A stretch of DNA of 64,000 bases from Malacoraja senta (Eukaryota): assembly GCA_038087875.1 (NCBI GenBank), contig JAXLNO010000627.1, positions 434,001-498,000 of the forward strand. The letters are read 5' to 3'. Within the stretch, counting starts at the first letter, position 1, and each line of letters starts with the position of its first letter. This document shows, in pieces, positions 1 through 13,627 of the stretch. The notes under the pieces are model-generated. The model searched no databases, was not told the origin of the DNA, and saw only the letters and a program-made list of their open reading frames with translations. Made by a program: the position numbers and the translations under genes.

Positions 1-3000
1 CCTCTCCATAGGGTCGTCTACTTTTTGGTCTGTAGGTGTCTTTAGAGGTCGATCCGCGATCCACACACCTTGGTGCAACGTGGGCAGCGGAGATTGGCGG
101 TGGTTGGAAGTCGTTGAGCCCCCTTCTCTCTCTCTCCTTATGGTGCTGTTGCTTTCTCTCTGCGACACAGCGTATTTCATTTCATGAAGTGAAACTAAAA
201 GATAAGATGTATAACACAGCAAAGAGTAGCCGGAAGCCAGAGGATTGGGAAACTTTCATAGTACAACAGAAGGAAACAAAACGGGCAATACGGGCTGAAA
301 AGATGAAGTACGAAGGGAAGCTGGCCAGGAATATAAAGAAGGACAGTAAAAGCTTCTTTAGATATGTTAAGGGAAAAGGAGTAGCAAAGTCAAATGTGGG
401 TCCCTTGAAGGCAGACACGGGTGAAATTATTATGGGCAACAAGGAAATGGCAGAAGAGCTGAATAGGTACTTCTGATCTGTCTTCACTAAGGAAGACACA
501 AACAATCTCCCAGAAGTACTGGAGGACAGAGGATCTAAGGGGGCAGAGGAACTGAAATAAATTTTCATTAGGCGAGAAATAGTATTGGGTAGGCTAATGG
601 GACTGAAGGATGATAAATTCCCTGGACCCGATGGTCTGCATCCCAGGGTCCTTATGGACGTGGCTCTAGAATTAGTGGACGCATTGGTGACCATTTTCCA
701 ACGTTCAATACATTCAGGATCAGTTCCTGTGGATTGTATGATAGCTAATGTTATCCCACTTTTCAAGAAAGGAGCGAGAGAGAAAACGGCGACTTACAGA
801 CCAGTTAGCCTGACTTCGGTGGTGGGAAAGATGCTGGAGTCAAACATTAAAAAGGTAATAATGGGGCATTTGGAGAGCAATAAAAGGATTAGTCCAAGTT
901 AACATGGATTTATGAAAGGGAAATCATGCTTGACTAATCTTCTTGAATTTTTTGAGGATGTGACAAGTTAAATGGATTAAAGGGTACCAGTGGATGTAAT
1001 GTATCTAGACTTAGAGAAAACCTTTGATCAGGCACCGCACGGGAGACTGGTGACTAAAATTAGAGCACATGGTATTGGGGGTAGGGTGTTGACATGAATA
1101 GAAAATTGGTTGGCAGACCGGAAGGAAAGAGCAGGAGTGAACTGGTCCTTTTCAGAATGGCAGGCAGTGGCGAGTGGAGTGCCGCAAGGCTCGGTGTTGG
1201 GGCCGCAACTTTTTACTATATATATTAATGATTTGGAAGAGGGAATTATGAGCAACACTAGCAAGTTTGCGGATGACACAAAGCTGGGTGGCCGTGTGAA
1301 CTGTGAAGAGGATGTGCGCAGGTTGCAGGGTGACCTGGACAGGTGAGTGAGTGGGCAGATGCGTGGCAGATGCAGTATAATATAAATACATGTGAGGTTA
1401 TCCACTTTGGCGGCTAAACAAGGGGGCAGATTATTATCTCAATGGGTTAGGTTAGGTAAGTGGGAGGTTGCAGCGAGACCTGGGTGTCCTTGTACACTGG
1501 TCAATAAAAGTTGGCGTGCAGGTACAGCAGGCAGTGAAAAAAAGCTAATGGAATGTTGGCCTTCATAACAAGAGGATTTCAGTATAGGAGTAAAGAGGTA
1601 CTTCTGCAGTTGCATAGGGCTCTGGTGAGACCACATCTGGAGTATTGTGTACAGTTTTGGTCTCCTAATTTGAGGAAGGACATCCTTGTGATTGAGGCAG
1701 TGCAGCGTAGGTTCACGAGATTGATCTCTGGGATGGCGAGACTGTCATATGAGGAAAGATTGAAAAGACTAGGTTTGTATTCACTGGAGTTTAGAAGGAG
1801 GAGGGGGGTTCTTATAGAAACATATAAAATTATAAAGGATTGGTCAAGCTAGATGAAGGAAAAATGTTCCGAATGTTGGGCGAGTCCAGAACCAGGGGCC
1901 ACAGTCTTAGAATAAAGGGGAGGTCATTTGAGAAAAAACGTTTTCACCCAGAGAGTTGTGAATTTATGGAATATGGAAGGGCCGAATGACCTCCTCCTGC
2001 ACCTATTTTCTATGTTTCTATGTTTCTATGTTTCTAAGTGCAGATATCTCTCCTGCACGGACTTCTTCCAGGAGCGCCTGTCCAGTGCAATGTGCACTCA
2101 GTTGCTTGATGTGTTATGGAATTTCTTCAGACTGTACTTGATGTTGTCCTTAAATCGTTTCTTTGGCCCGCCAGGAGCTCGCCGCCCTTCCTTCAATTAA
2201 GGGTACAGGATTTTTTGGGGGAGATGTGTTGGACATGCGGATGACATGACCAGTCCATCGAAGTTGGTGCTGCATTATTGTGGTGGTGTTGCTGGGCATG
2301 TTGGCTTCCTCTACAATGCTGATGTTGGTGCGTTTGTCCTCCCAGCTGATCCTCAGAATCTTTCGTCAGGATCTTTGATGGTATTGTTCCAGGGCTCTCA
2401 GGTGCCTGCTGTAGATGGTCCATGACTCGGCTCCATACAACAGGGTGGAGAGGACAAAGGCTGTGTAGACCAGCAGTTTTGTTTGAGCCTTTAGGTCTCG
2501 TTCTTCAAAGACTCTTTCCCTGAGTCTGGCGTAGGCTCCGCTGGCACAACTCAGGCGATGATTGACCTCGGAGTCGATTTTCAGCTTTTGAGGAAACAAT
2601 GCTGCCAAGGTAGGGGAAGGGTCAACGTTTTCAGGAGTGGTGTCGTCCACTTTTATAATGGGCTGGGTCGACGGCTGGTTGGGTGGCGGTTGATGTAGGA
2701 CCTGGGTCTTCTTGATATTTAAGGCTAGGCTCATGGCTATGTAGACTTGGCAAAGGCATTCAGGATGCCCCGAAGGTCTTCTGCAGAGTGTGCTGCAATG
2801 GTGCAGTGGTCCGCGTACTGAAGCTCCATGATGGCGGTGTTACTGACTTTGCTCTAGGCCTTCAACCTATTGAGCCCATCGTCAGTTCTGTATTGGGATC
2901 CCCCTGTGGCAGCTCTTCACCAATGAGGTGAAGTATGGCAGCAATGAAGACGACAAACAGGGTGGGTGCGATGATGCATCCCTGTTTGACAACCGCTTCC

Positions 3001-3251
3001 ACGGTGAAGGGCTCGGACTCAGAGCCGCAGTTGCTGAGAACTTGACCCACATGCCATCATGTAGAAGCCTGAATATTCTGAAGTATTTGTCGTGACAACC
3101 GTACCTTGATAGTATGCTCCAAAGAGCCTGGCGTTCTACCAAGTCAAAAGCCTTTGTCAGGTCTATGAAGGCCATGTGCAAAGGCTGCCTTTGTTCACGG
3201 CATTTTTCCTGGAGTTGGTGTGCTGTAAATATCATGTCTGCTGTACCTCTG
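1..3251 (-). mobile_element. 5'-truncated degenerate RTE-clade LINE (pieces 1-191 and 2036-3251), split by a CR1
   Basis: RT motifs RGTADMIF, FIDLTKAFD, VKQGCIIAPTLF and LLYGAESWT. Reverse complement of the RTE copy at 11367-12577. Confidence 0.9.
192..2035 (+). mobile_element. 5'-truncated CR1 LINE, degenerate ORF2
   Basis: PGPDGLHPRVL, YRPVSLTSVVGK, SGVPQGSVLGP, KFADDTKL and RPHLEYCVQFW; (TCTATGTT)n 3' tail at about 2009-2035; AAGTG duplicated at 187-191 and 2036-2040. Confidence 0.93.
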
Positions 3252-5028
3252 GGTGGTAAATCACGTGGGTCTGAGGATTCTTGTTCGACGCTGACTGAGT
3301 CACCCAACTCGGATCCGCAGCGCTCTACTCTGATCAGTGCCCTCAACCACTTCCCCATGGTTCGGTGTTAATCTAAATGGATGTCCTGACGTGAGCGGTA
3401 GAAAAACCTTGGGAAGGTAACAGAAAAAAGCCACAAGTTGTCTCTTGTGGCAGGAATGCAGCAGTCATCCTTTCTTTGTCTGGAGGGCTCGCGTGTTTTG
3501 CTCAGCCAATATCGGTAATGGAGATGATGTAGGACCGCCGGACATTCAATGTATATTTATTATTAATAGGTGTTTTATCATTATCCACTTAATGGGTGCG
3601 GCGACTTTCGACAGATGGTGTGATCGACGTGATCTGGCCCATAATCAAGGGCGCCGATCGTGGTGGAATAAAGTAGTGCGGATTTAATACAGGAAGTGTC
3701 ATGGCGGTCTAGTTCAGAGCTGTTGGCCCGTCGTTAATCTATCTGGTGTGTCTGGTACACAGTGACATGGATGGACAATGGTCTAAGTGCTGATTGGTAT
3801 CGAGGCCTGAGGTGTTAACACCCCGCCAGCCTCGCCAATGACACTTGAAGCTGTGACCGGTGCATTGGTCAGGGAACAGCCAGGTTGTGTCAATGACTCC
3901 CACGTGTTGCCGCTATATCAGATTCCCGGACACGCAGATCCGCCCTTTAGAGCTGGAGCCGCTCGGTGACTGGTCAGACATCCGGTCACTGTGGTGGGAG
4001 ACAGAGCATCCCGTGTCCTTGCCCCGCCCAGTCCTTCGTTTCATCCGCCTTCTTTTCATTGCCCTGGCGGCCATAAGGCCAATATGGTCGGGAATCAGTG
4101 ATAGCTCCTGGGAACTTGATTTCGGACTGAGTACTTCCAGCAATGTTGCTCGCAACACGTCCCTAGGTTAGTTGACGTTTCATGTAGTGTGAAAACCGCA
4201 CACATGGTGGCCTTGGAGAATGGGTGGCATGTAGGAATCTACAAGGCCGCCTATGTATGACCTCCTGGGCATATCAGCGTGACAGATGTTTGTCCTGTAG
4301 CACTGAGCCGCGGGATTATGGGAGGATCACAGTGTAACATGACTGTGTGTCGCCGTGTGGAGCTGTTCTGGTCTCTGAGTTTATGTACGTTCCTCGCCAG
4401 TTTCACAAGGGCACTGCAGGGACAATCACCTTGGTGGGACTTGGTGCGCCAACACGTGCCGAGACATGTGCTGCTGAGGTTGTATGCAAAGCAAAGTAGT
4501 TCAGTGTACATGTGATACATCTTCCAATCAGTTACCTATGCACCAATCCCAGTATGGATGGTAGCTGTCCCTTTCACGCAGTCAGACGCAGTGAAAATGT
4601 GATGTGGCATTTACCAATACCTATCATAATTATAGTCCATGCATTATTACAACTCTATCCCTCATTATCACATCTGCACAGTTGCTACATCTAATGATTC
4701 CATTCCGTGTCAGACATTGTAAGCCACAGCCCCTGGTGCGGCAGGACTAGGACATAGACAGAAACGTATCTGTTCCTTACAGTGAAGCAACAGGTTGGTC
4801 AGTGAGTCCTGCCCGATTTCAGCATATAATCTGTAATCTTTACTGGTGTTCACTGCCTAGGTGATAATTAGTTAATCACATACTGTTTTCTGATGTCAAC
4901 GTGTCACTCTAAATCTGTAATTCCCACAGCTGTGCTAATCTGGGAACAGTTGACGTGGCCTGTTTTTTCTGTGCATGCAACTGACGTCGATGGCCAGGAG
5001 ACTGGTGCCGCTGGAGATCTCTCTTTGC

Positions 5029-5036
5029 TATAAAAA
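5029..5036 (+). promoter_or_regulatory. TATA box upstream of the paralogous exon 1
   Basis: TATAAAAA about 90 bp upstream of ATG 5120. Confidence 0.5.
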
Positions 5037-5119
5037 GGATCAAGTGAGCACCTCATCACCGTTTTGGCAGCAGACCTGGTGTGTTGATTCAACAGAGGAG
5101 TCGTCATTTCATCGTGAAC

Positions 5120-5189
5120 ATGGGAGTCTCACTACTTGATCAAATAATGTCGATTTACTATCCGGTTCTGGCCGCTGTTGGTGTTCCCG
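5120..5189 (+). CDS. Exon 1 of a second, paralogous GPR139-like GPCR (MGVSLLDQIMSIYYPVLAAVGVP); exon 2 not found in the window
   Basis: ATG at 5120, 70 bp, GTGAGA donor at 5190. Same length and phase as exon 38557-38626 and shares the IYYPxLAAVGVP motif. Confidence 0.75.
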
Positions 5190-6558
5190 GTGAGAGGTTA
5201 CGCACATGTACGCACCGTGTTCATTACTGTTATATCTGAGATGTTGCTGATGGCTGTGTGCCGTAGTACCCGCTTGTTTCGTTGTTGTATGATTCTGGGT
5301 ATGGTATTTGCCCAATTGTGAGGTTGATTTCAAAGTAACCACCTATCTGAATTCAAACGGTAGTCCCAGGAAATATGGTCCTGTTTCATGTTGACTTTAA
5401 AATGTCTAACGGTGGGTCTGTGAATCTGCCGCCCGTGTCATGTCAGCATTATCGTTGTGAATGCACAGTACATTCTGGTGTGTGGACTAATTGGAGTAAC
5501 ACACTGAAATGCATCTTGAAATAATCCATGATAGATGATCAGGATAAGTGTTCAGATAATCCAGGATATTTCGGTTATTACAGCACTGAGTTAAACTGTC
5601 CTGCTGTCAATTACTGTTTTGCTTTTTCCGGGACTAAACAATCGGCCGTTGATGCTCCCGCCCCGTCTGTGAGACCAGGGTTGTTGCTTTGCTGCCAGTT
5701 TCACTCCAAGCACTTTCAGTACTCAGAGGCGGCGTGAAATATTTCCACATTTTGGAAATAATCCCTGCTACTCTGGAGTGAAATGCGAAAATGCTTGAAA
5801 CCGCATGTCTGGGAGCATGTGTGGAAAGAGAAAAAGTTAAAGTTACAATTAAAAGTTTCTTTCTCTGGAAGCAAGGAAGGGAACGAACACGTTTATCTGA
5901 GCGGCAGTGATGTTGGAAAGGGTAAGGGCTGGAGTGTAGCGAATGTCTGGAGCAGGGATAGGTTTTCACTGAATGGATAATTGAACTACATTATCTGTTT
6001 AACATGTTCCTAACCTGGTCCACTCTGGGTGACATTGTACAATCTGGGTGTCGCTCTGTATTCCGTTCGCTGTTGTACTGTTGGTGACGGTGTGAATTCG
6101 GGTGAATTTGTACTGTCTGGTCGAGTGGGAGCTGCCCAGGATATTCCAGTATTTACAGTTGTTGGCAATATTTTCTGTTTTCCAACATCCACAGTTTATT
6201 CTTGACTTTCCCGCTGGCCGCTTTAGCCGCTTTTAGCTTCTCCCTCTGTACCTGTACCTGTACCTGCACGTGGCGGCGCTTATTATTCAGTTGACTGAGT
6301 GCAATTTAAGTCTTATCTCATACCTGCCAACATTTGAAATGAAATATCTTGCTCTGAGTGCGCGGGTTGACGGAGGGCGAGCGCCGAAGTTCATACCCAT
6401 GTAAGAGCACAAGAATGCATAACTTGTTTATAGTGTATTATATGTCATAGTTGCTTTCTTGCATTTGGCCAGAAGTTTATCATTGAAAGTCATTTGGTGG
6501 CAACGTTTCCCCATGGCCTGGTGTAACATTAGGAGCTGGAATCTCTCCATAAATCCTT

Positions 6559-7388
<830 letters not shown>

Positions 7389-7588
7389 NNNNNNNNNNNN
7401 NNNNNNNNNNNNNNNNNNNNNNNNNNNNNNNNNNNNNNNNNNNNNNNNNNNNNNNNNNNNNNNNNNNNNNNNNNNNNNNNNNNNNNNNNNNNNNNNNNNN
7501 NNNNNNNNNNNNNNNNNNNNNNNNNNNNNNNNNNNNNNNNNNNNNNNNNNNNNNNNNNNNNNNNNNNNNNNNNNNNNNNNNNNNNNNN
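7389..7588. other. Assembly gap (200 N)
   Basis: Run of exactly 200 N. Confidence 1.
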
Positions 7589-9585
7589 ATGAACTGACAA
7601 ACAGGTGGTGGTTGTCAGATTTAGTCGCTGGATCACAAGATCCTTCTCTGTGGATTGTCACCTTGTCTTGGTGGAGAAGCTTGTGTGGTCCTGAGATCCT
7701 AAGAGCAATGCCGTCTGCAGCTATGCTCCTGGTAAGGTCACCCATGGCGGTAAGGTCGAGGGGGAGGTCTCTGACAAAGAGCAATCCAACCAAGACCTCA
7801 ACGGGAAACAGGCGTAGGATGATGGCGCACTTTAGTGGAGCGTCACAACGGCTGGGAAGGCGGATGAAGGCTGCAGCAGAAAAGGGTCTCCAGTCGTCTT
7901 GGACTCCATGCCACTGGATCCTGACCCAGATCTGTCAAGGACCGTGTGGTGGCTGTCTGTGCCCAGTCTCCCCACGTTAAACAAAGTCACGCACAGGCGT
8001 TCTCCATATAGGGAATCCACCCTAACACCCTGGATTAAGTGCCATGGCTATCAACAAGTGGTGACGGGGGCAGGATTGTGAGATCTGGAAGCTCCTAGTC
8101 ATGAGCTGGCACATCAGGCGGTGGGTGCTAGATTCAGTCATTGGACTCTTGGAACGAGGCAGAAGAGCCCTTCGGCAGCTGCACCCACGACTGAGCAGTC
8201 CTCTTTAGGATCCACTCTGCTCACCCCACTTGGGGAAAGGGCTAGAAAATGTGCCCTAAAAATAGCCTGCCTCAAACATACCGACTGGATTACCGCGTCC
8301 AGAGGTATCACCACCCGCGGTCAGAAACACAGAAATATGAATATGAACTTGAGCATGGAATGTGCGCACATTGATTAATAGTGTAAGCAGTAACAGACCA
8401 GAGAGGAGAACCGCGATCATCGCTGGAGAACTGAGAAGATGCCGGATTAACATAGCTGCCCTTTCTGAAACCTGGCGGGCAGACGAAGGACAACTGAAGG
8501 AGGAGAAATGTGGCTACACTTTCTTCTGGAAAAGGAAAGCTGCTGATGAGCCCAGGATCCATGGTGTTGGGTTTGCCATCAGGAACCAGCACATCAGCCA
8601 CCTCTCTGAACTTCCTGTGGGAATCAGTGAGCGTCTCATGACCATCCGTCTGGTGCTTGCCAACAACCTGATGGCAACAGTTGTGAGTGCCTATGCCCCT
8701 ACTTTAGACTCTGAAGAGGAAGCAAAAGAGACCTTCTATGCCCGCTTGGATGAGACACTGTCTAAAATCCCCAGGGAGGATAAGATTATTCTCCTAGGAG
8801 ACTTCAACGCCAGGGTCGGCCGGGACCAACACCTCTGGAAGGGTACCTTAGGAAAGGAAGGCATCGGGAACATCAACTCCAATGGAGCTCTGCTTCTCAG
8901 CAAATGTGCTCAGCATGACCTCATCATCACTAACACCTTCTTTCACCAGAAAAACAAACTTAAGGCATCTTGGAGACACCCACACTCCAAACAGTGGCAT
9001 TTCATTGACTATGTCATCGTACGAGCCAGGGACCGCCGTGATGTGACCATCACAAGGGCCATGATCGATGCAGATGACTGCTGGACAGATCATCGCCTCA
9101 CCCGCTCCATGATGTCCATCAAACTCCAAAGGAAGTGGAGGATTCAAACAAAGCAAATCCGGCCAAGGCTGAATCTTGAAAGCCTGGAGGAAACTGCTAC
9201 CCAGCAGTGATTTCAGGCTTCTCTTGGGGAAAGTCTCCAACAGGAATATCCTGATGATATTGAAGGGCCCTGGAGCCGGCTGAAATCCACCATCCTTGAT
9301 ACCTGTTAAAACACCCTTGGGTGCAAGTCCAGAAAACACCAGGACTGGTTTGATGAGAATGACACAGAGATAGAACAGCTCATCTCCAAGAAAAGGAAAG
9401 CCTTTCGTGCCTGGCAAAATGATGTAACCTGCAAGGCCAAAAGAGCGGCTCAGTCCAGAGCCAAAGCGGACGTCCAGAGCCGGGTGAGGGAGCTAAAGAA
9501 TTCTTGGTGGATAGATAAGGCTCTGGAAATCCAGAGACTGGCAGACTCGGGTAACACAAGAGGCTTCTTCAGCGCTACTAAGAAC
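7589..9585 (+). mobile_element. RTE LINE 5' part (5'UTR and APE endonuclease), disrupted
   Basis: ORF 8362-9210 with ALSETW, VSAYAPT, LGDFNARVG, IDYVIV and DCWTDH; in-frame stops downstream. Confidence 0.9.
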
Positions 9586-11366
9586 ATCACAGAACAGAGG
9601 CCCAAGAGCCGTTGAAGAGATCGCAGAGGGAGGAGCTACACACGACCGGTAGGAGTTAAAAAGGAGCGCGGGGCTTGTTCCTTACAGAGGCCCAAGAGCC
9701 GTTGGAGAGATCGCAGAGGGAGGAGCTACACACGACCGGTAGGAGTTAAAAAGGAGCGCGGGGCTTGTTCCTTACAGAGGCCCAAGAGCCGTTGGAGAGA
9801 TCGCAGAGGGAGGAGCTACACACGACCGGTAGGAGTTAAAAAGGAGCGCGGGGCTTGTTCCTTACAGAGGCCCAAGAGCCGTTCGAGAGGTCGCAGAGGG
9901 AGCAGCTACACCTGAGCGGTAGGAGATAAAGAGGAGCGCGGGGCTTGCTTCTACAGAGGCCCGAGAGCCGTTGGAGAGGTCGCAAGGAGGAGGAGCTACA
10001 CCCGAGCGGTAGGATTTAAAGAGGAGCCGAAATCTGTAACGTTCCAAGTTCCACTTCCAAAACAAGTGGGTTTGAGGAAGCCGCTGATTGGTGGAAGCAG
10101 ACAAGAGGGAGCAGCTGATTGGGAGTCAGTTTGTTTTGTATTGTAGCAGTTTGTTTTGTATTATATCCAGGGTAAGGGGAGTATGAGGGCCAGGGCAGTT
10201 TACTGTTCTGGATGTCAGATGTGGGAAGTCATGGAGTCTGATAGCCCTCCAGACGTCCACATCTGCGCCAGGTGTATCGAGATGGGGCTCCTAATGGACC
10301 GTATTAGGAACCTGGAGCAGCAGCTCGATGACCTCCGTCCGGTCAGGGAGAGCGAGGAAGTCATCGAGAGGAGTTACAGGGATGTGGTCACTCCAACACC
10401 ACAGGAGGCAGGCAAGTGGATCACGGTTGGGAGAGGCAAGGGGCACAGGCAGGGACTAGAGAGTACCCCGGTGGCTGTACACCTTGACAATAAGTACTCC
10501 TGTTTGAGCACTGTTGGGGTGGACAGCCTACCTGGGGGTAGCGACAGCGGCCGGGCCTCCGGTATAGAGACCGGTCCTGTTGCTCAGAAGGGTAAGGAAA
10601 AGAAGAGGAGGGCAATACTAATAGGGGACTCTATAGTTAGGGGGTCAGACAGGCGATTCTGTGGATGCAGTCGGGAGACCCGGATGGTAGTTTGCCTCCC
10701 TGGTGCCAGGGTCTGTGATGTGTCTCAACGTGTCCAAGACATCCTGAAAGGGCAGGGAGAGGAGCCCGAAGTCGTGATACATATAGGTACCAATGACATA
10801 GGTAAAAAAAGAGAAGAGGTCCTGAAAGGAGAATTTAGGGAGTTAGGAGGGGAGTTAAAGACAAAGGACAGCGAAGGTAACAATCTCGGATTACTGCCTG
10901 TGCCACGCGACAGTGAGAGTAGGAATGGAGCGAGGTGAGGATAAATGCGTGGCTGAAGGACTGGTGCAGAAGGCAGGGATTCAAATTTCTGGATCATTGG
11001 GACCTCTTTTGTGGAAGGTTCGACCTGTACAAAAAGGATGGGTTGCACTTGAACCTGAGGGGGACCGATATCCTGGCGGGGAGATCTGCAAAGGCTACTG
11101 GGGAGACTTTAAATGGTTGGGGGGAGGGACTCAAATAGAGAATGCTATTAGACTGTGTGAGGCAGGAGGCAGAGAAGGAAAGCACTCAGACCCAACATGT
11201 AGGGGGTAAAGAAGAAAACAATAATAAACAGAGAATAAGAGGTGGCGGGGTTCTTAAATGGGTGAGCAGAGAAACAGAGGGGTGCAAAATGCGGGCGGAA
11301 GCAATAGGTAGCAAGGTGAAAAGTAAAAGTGGCAGGCAGACAAAGCCAGGGCAAAAATCAAAAAAG
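9586..11366 (+). mobile_element. CR1 5' portion (5'UTR and ORF1 zinc finger/esterase) replacing the middle of the RTE
   Basis: ORF1 from ATG 10183: CSGC...CARC zinc finger, coiled coil, and SGNH esterase blocks IGDS, HIGTND and (frameshifted) DGLHLN. Confidence 0.88.
9594..10030 (+). repeat. About five 90-bp tandem monomers in the CR1 5'UTR
   Basis: ACAGAGGCCC unit starts at 9594, 9684, 9774, 9864 and 9953. Confidence 0.95.
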
Positions 11367-12577
11367 AGTTCTCAGCAACTGCGGCTCTGAGTCCGAGCCC
11401 TTCACTATGGAAACGGGGGTTAAACAGGGATGCATCATCGCACCCACCCTGTTTGTCGTCTTCATTGCTGCCATACTTCACCTCATTGGTGAAGAGCTGC
11501 CACAGGGGATCCCAATCCTCTACAGAACTGATGGTGGCTCTTCAACCTTAATAGGCTCAGTAACGCCGCCATCATGGAGCTTCAGTACGCGGACCACTGC
11601 GCCATTGCAGCACACTCTGCAGAAGACCTTCAGGGCATCCTGAATGCCTTTGCCAAGTCATACAGAGCCATGGGCCTAGCCTTAAATATCAAGAAGACCC
11701 AGGTTCTACATCAACCTCCACCCAACCAGCCGTCTACCGGGCCCACTATAAAAGTGGACGACACCACTCTTGAAAATGTTGACCACTTCCCCTAACTCAA
11801 AAGGTGACATTGACTCCGAGGTCAACCATCGCCAGTTGCGCTAGCGGAGCCTACGCCAGACTGAGGAGAAGAGTCTTTGAAGACCCAGACCTAAAGGCCC
11901 AAACAAAACTGCTGGTCTACAGAGCCGTTGTCCTCTCCACCCTGTTATATGGAGCCGAGTCATGGACCACCTACAGCAGGCACCTGAGAGCCCTGGAACA
12001 ATACCATCAAAGATCCTTACGAAAGATTCTGAGGATCAGCTGGGAGGACAAACGCACCAACATCAGCATTGTGGAGGAAGCCAACATGACCAGCATCACC
12101 ACCACAATAATGCAGCACCAACTTCGATGTACTGGCCATGTCATCCGCATGTCCAATACACGTCTCCCTAAACAAATCCTGTACTCTCAACTGAAGGAAG
12201 GTCGGCGAGCCCCCGGCAGGCCAAAGAAACGCTTCAAGGACAACATCAAAAACAGTCTGAAGAAATTCCACATCACATCGAGCAACTGGGAGCACATTAC
12301 ACTGGACAGGCGCTCCTGAGGGAAATCCGTGCAGGAAGGAGCTGCACTTCATGAAATGGAACTACGCCGTGTCACAGAGACAAAGCGACAGCACCGTAAG
12401 GAGAGAGAGAAGGGGGCTCGATGACTACCAACCACCGCCAGTCTCCACTGCCCACGTTGCACCAAGGTGTGTGGATCGCGGATCGACCTCTACAGACATC
12501 TGCAGACCCACAAGTAGACGACCCTATGGAGAGGAGAGGACAGTCATACTCATTTTGAGTGACCTCCGATGATGATG
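11367..12577 (+). mobile_element. RTE LINE 3' part (RT C-terminal half and 3'UTR)
   Basis: GVKQGCIIAPTLF, LQYADH, LLYGAESWT and GHVIRM; ends in a (GAT)n tail. Confidence 0.9.
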
Positions 12578-12689
12578 AAACCTTCTCCCCCCCCCCCCCC
12601 CTCATCTTAAACCCATGTCCTCCGGTTCACGATTCACCCACTCTGGGCAAGAGACTCTGTGCTTCTCCCTGATCTAGTCCTCTAGCGAT

Positions 12690-12981
12690 TATAATAGAGC
12701 CGTCCATAAGGGAATAACGTTTAGTGCAAGATAAAGCCAGTAAAGTTTGGTCAAAGATAGTACGATAGTAGTTCAGGACTGCTCTCTGGTTGTGGTAGCA
12801 TGGTCCAGTTGTCTGTTAACAGCTGGGAAGAAACTCTCCCTAAATCTGGAAGTGTGCGTTTTCACACTTCTGTACCTCATGCCCGATTGGAGAGGGGGAA
12901 AGAGGGAGTGGCTGGGGTGCGACTCATCTTTGATTATGCTGCTGGCCTTGCCGAGGCAGCGTGAGGTGTAGATGGAGTCAA
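12690..12981 (-). mobile_element. Rex1/Babar-type LINE 3' fragment
   Basis: Minus-strand translation IIKDESHPSHSLF..SG.RYRSVKTHTSRFRESFFPAV. Confidence 0.7.
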
Positions 12982-13400
12982 CCGGCCAACATGCCCAATC
13001 GACACTAGTCCCACCTGCCTGCGTTTGGTCTATATCCCTCTAAACCTGGCCTATCCATGTACCTGTCCAACTGTTTCTTAAACACTACGCCCGTGCCTCA
13101 ACTACCTCCTCCGGCAGCTCGTTCCATACACCTACCACCCTTTGTATGAAAATGTTATCCCTCAGGTTCCTACTAAATCTTCCTCCCCTCCCCACTCAGC
13201 ACCTCCCCTCCTCTCCCTCATCTTAAACCTATGTCCTTTGATGCTCGATTCCCCTACTCTGGGCAAGAGAATCTGTGCATCTACCCGATCAATTCCTCTC
13301 ATGTTTTTACACACCTCTATAGGATCACCCCTCATCCTCCTGCGCTCCAAGGAATAGACTCCCAGACTGCTCAATCTCTCCCTGTAGCTCAGGCCTTCAA
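12982..13400 (-). mobile_element. CR1 3' fragment
   Basis: LSYRERLSSLGVYSLERRRMRGD and a CR1 3'UTR. Confidence 0.8.
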
Positions 13401-13593
13401 TCCAGGAGGACAAGAGTAGGAGACGTTTCTAGTGAGGTACATCTTTTATTTGCTATCGTCCTCATGATTTTCATTGCCTGTATAACTCATTATTACCTAC
13501 CCCAGAGCCAACAACTGATCATCGTTGCTTTTGCATAACTTTCATTCATTTGTACCATGTATATCTCTTGTTTCCCTCTCCCCAACTCTCCGT

Positions 13594-13623
13594 CTGAAGA
13601 TGGGTCTTGACCCGAAATGTCAC
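13594..13623 (+). ncRNA. Minimal hammerhead ribozyme-like motif in a Penelope-like 3' remnant
   Basis: CTGAAGA-t-GGGT(cttg)ACCC-GAAA-TGTC; flanks resemble the Penelope element at 52780-52995. Confidence 0.55.
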
Positions 13624-13627
13624 TTAT

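Noticed and set aside
3860..4171. 103-aa ORF preserved at equal length in both duplication arms (also 39610-39921)
   Set aside because: Non-ATG start and no recognisable domain; another frame on the opposite strand resembles a decayed LINE RT C-terminus with stops. Preservation is explained by the duplication.
7589..7800. Possible HDV-like ribozyme at the RTE 5' end
   Set aside because: Known for some RTE elements, but the 5' end abuts the gap and I could not fold a convincing core.
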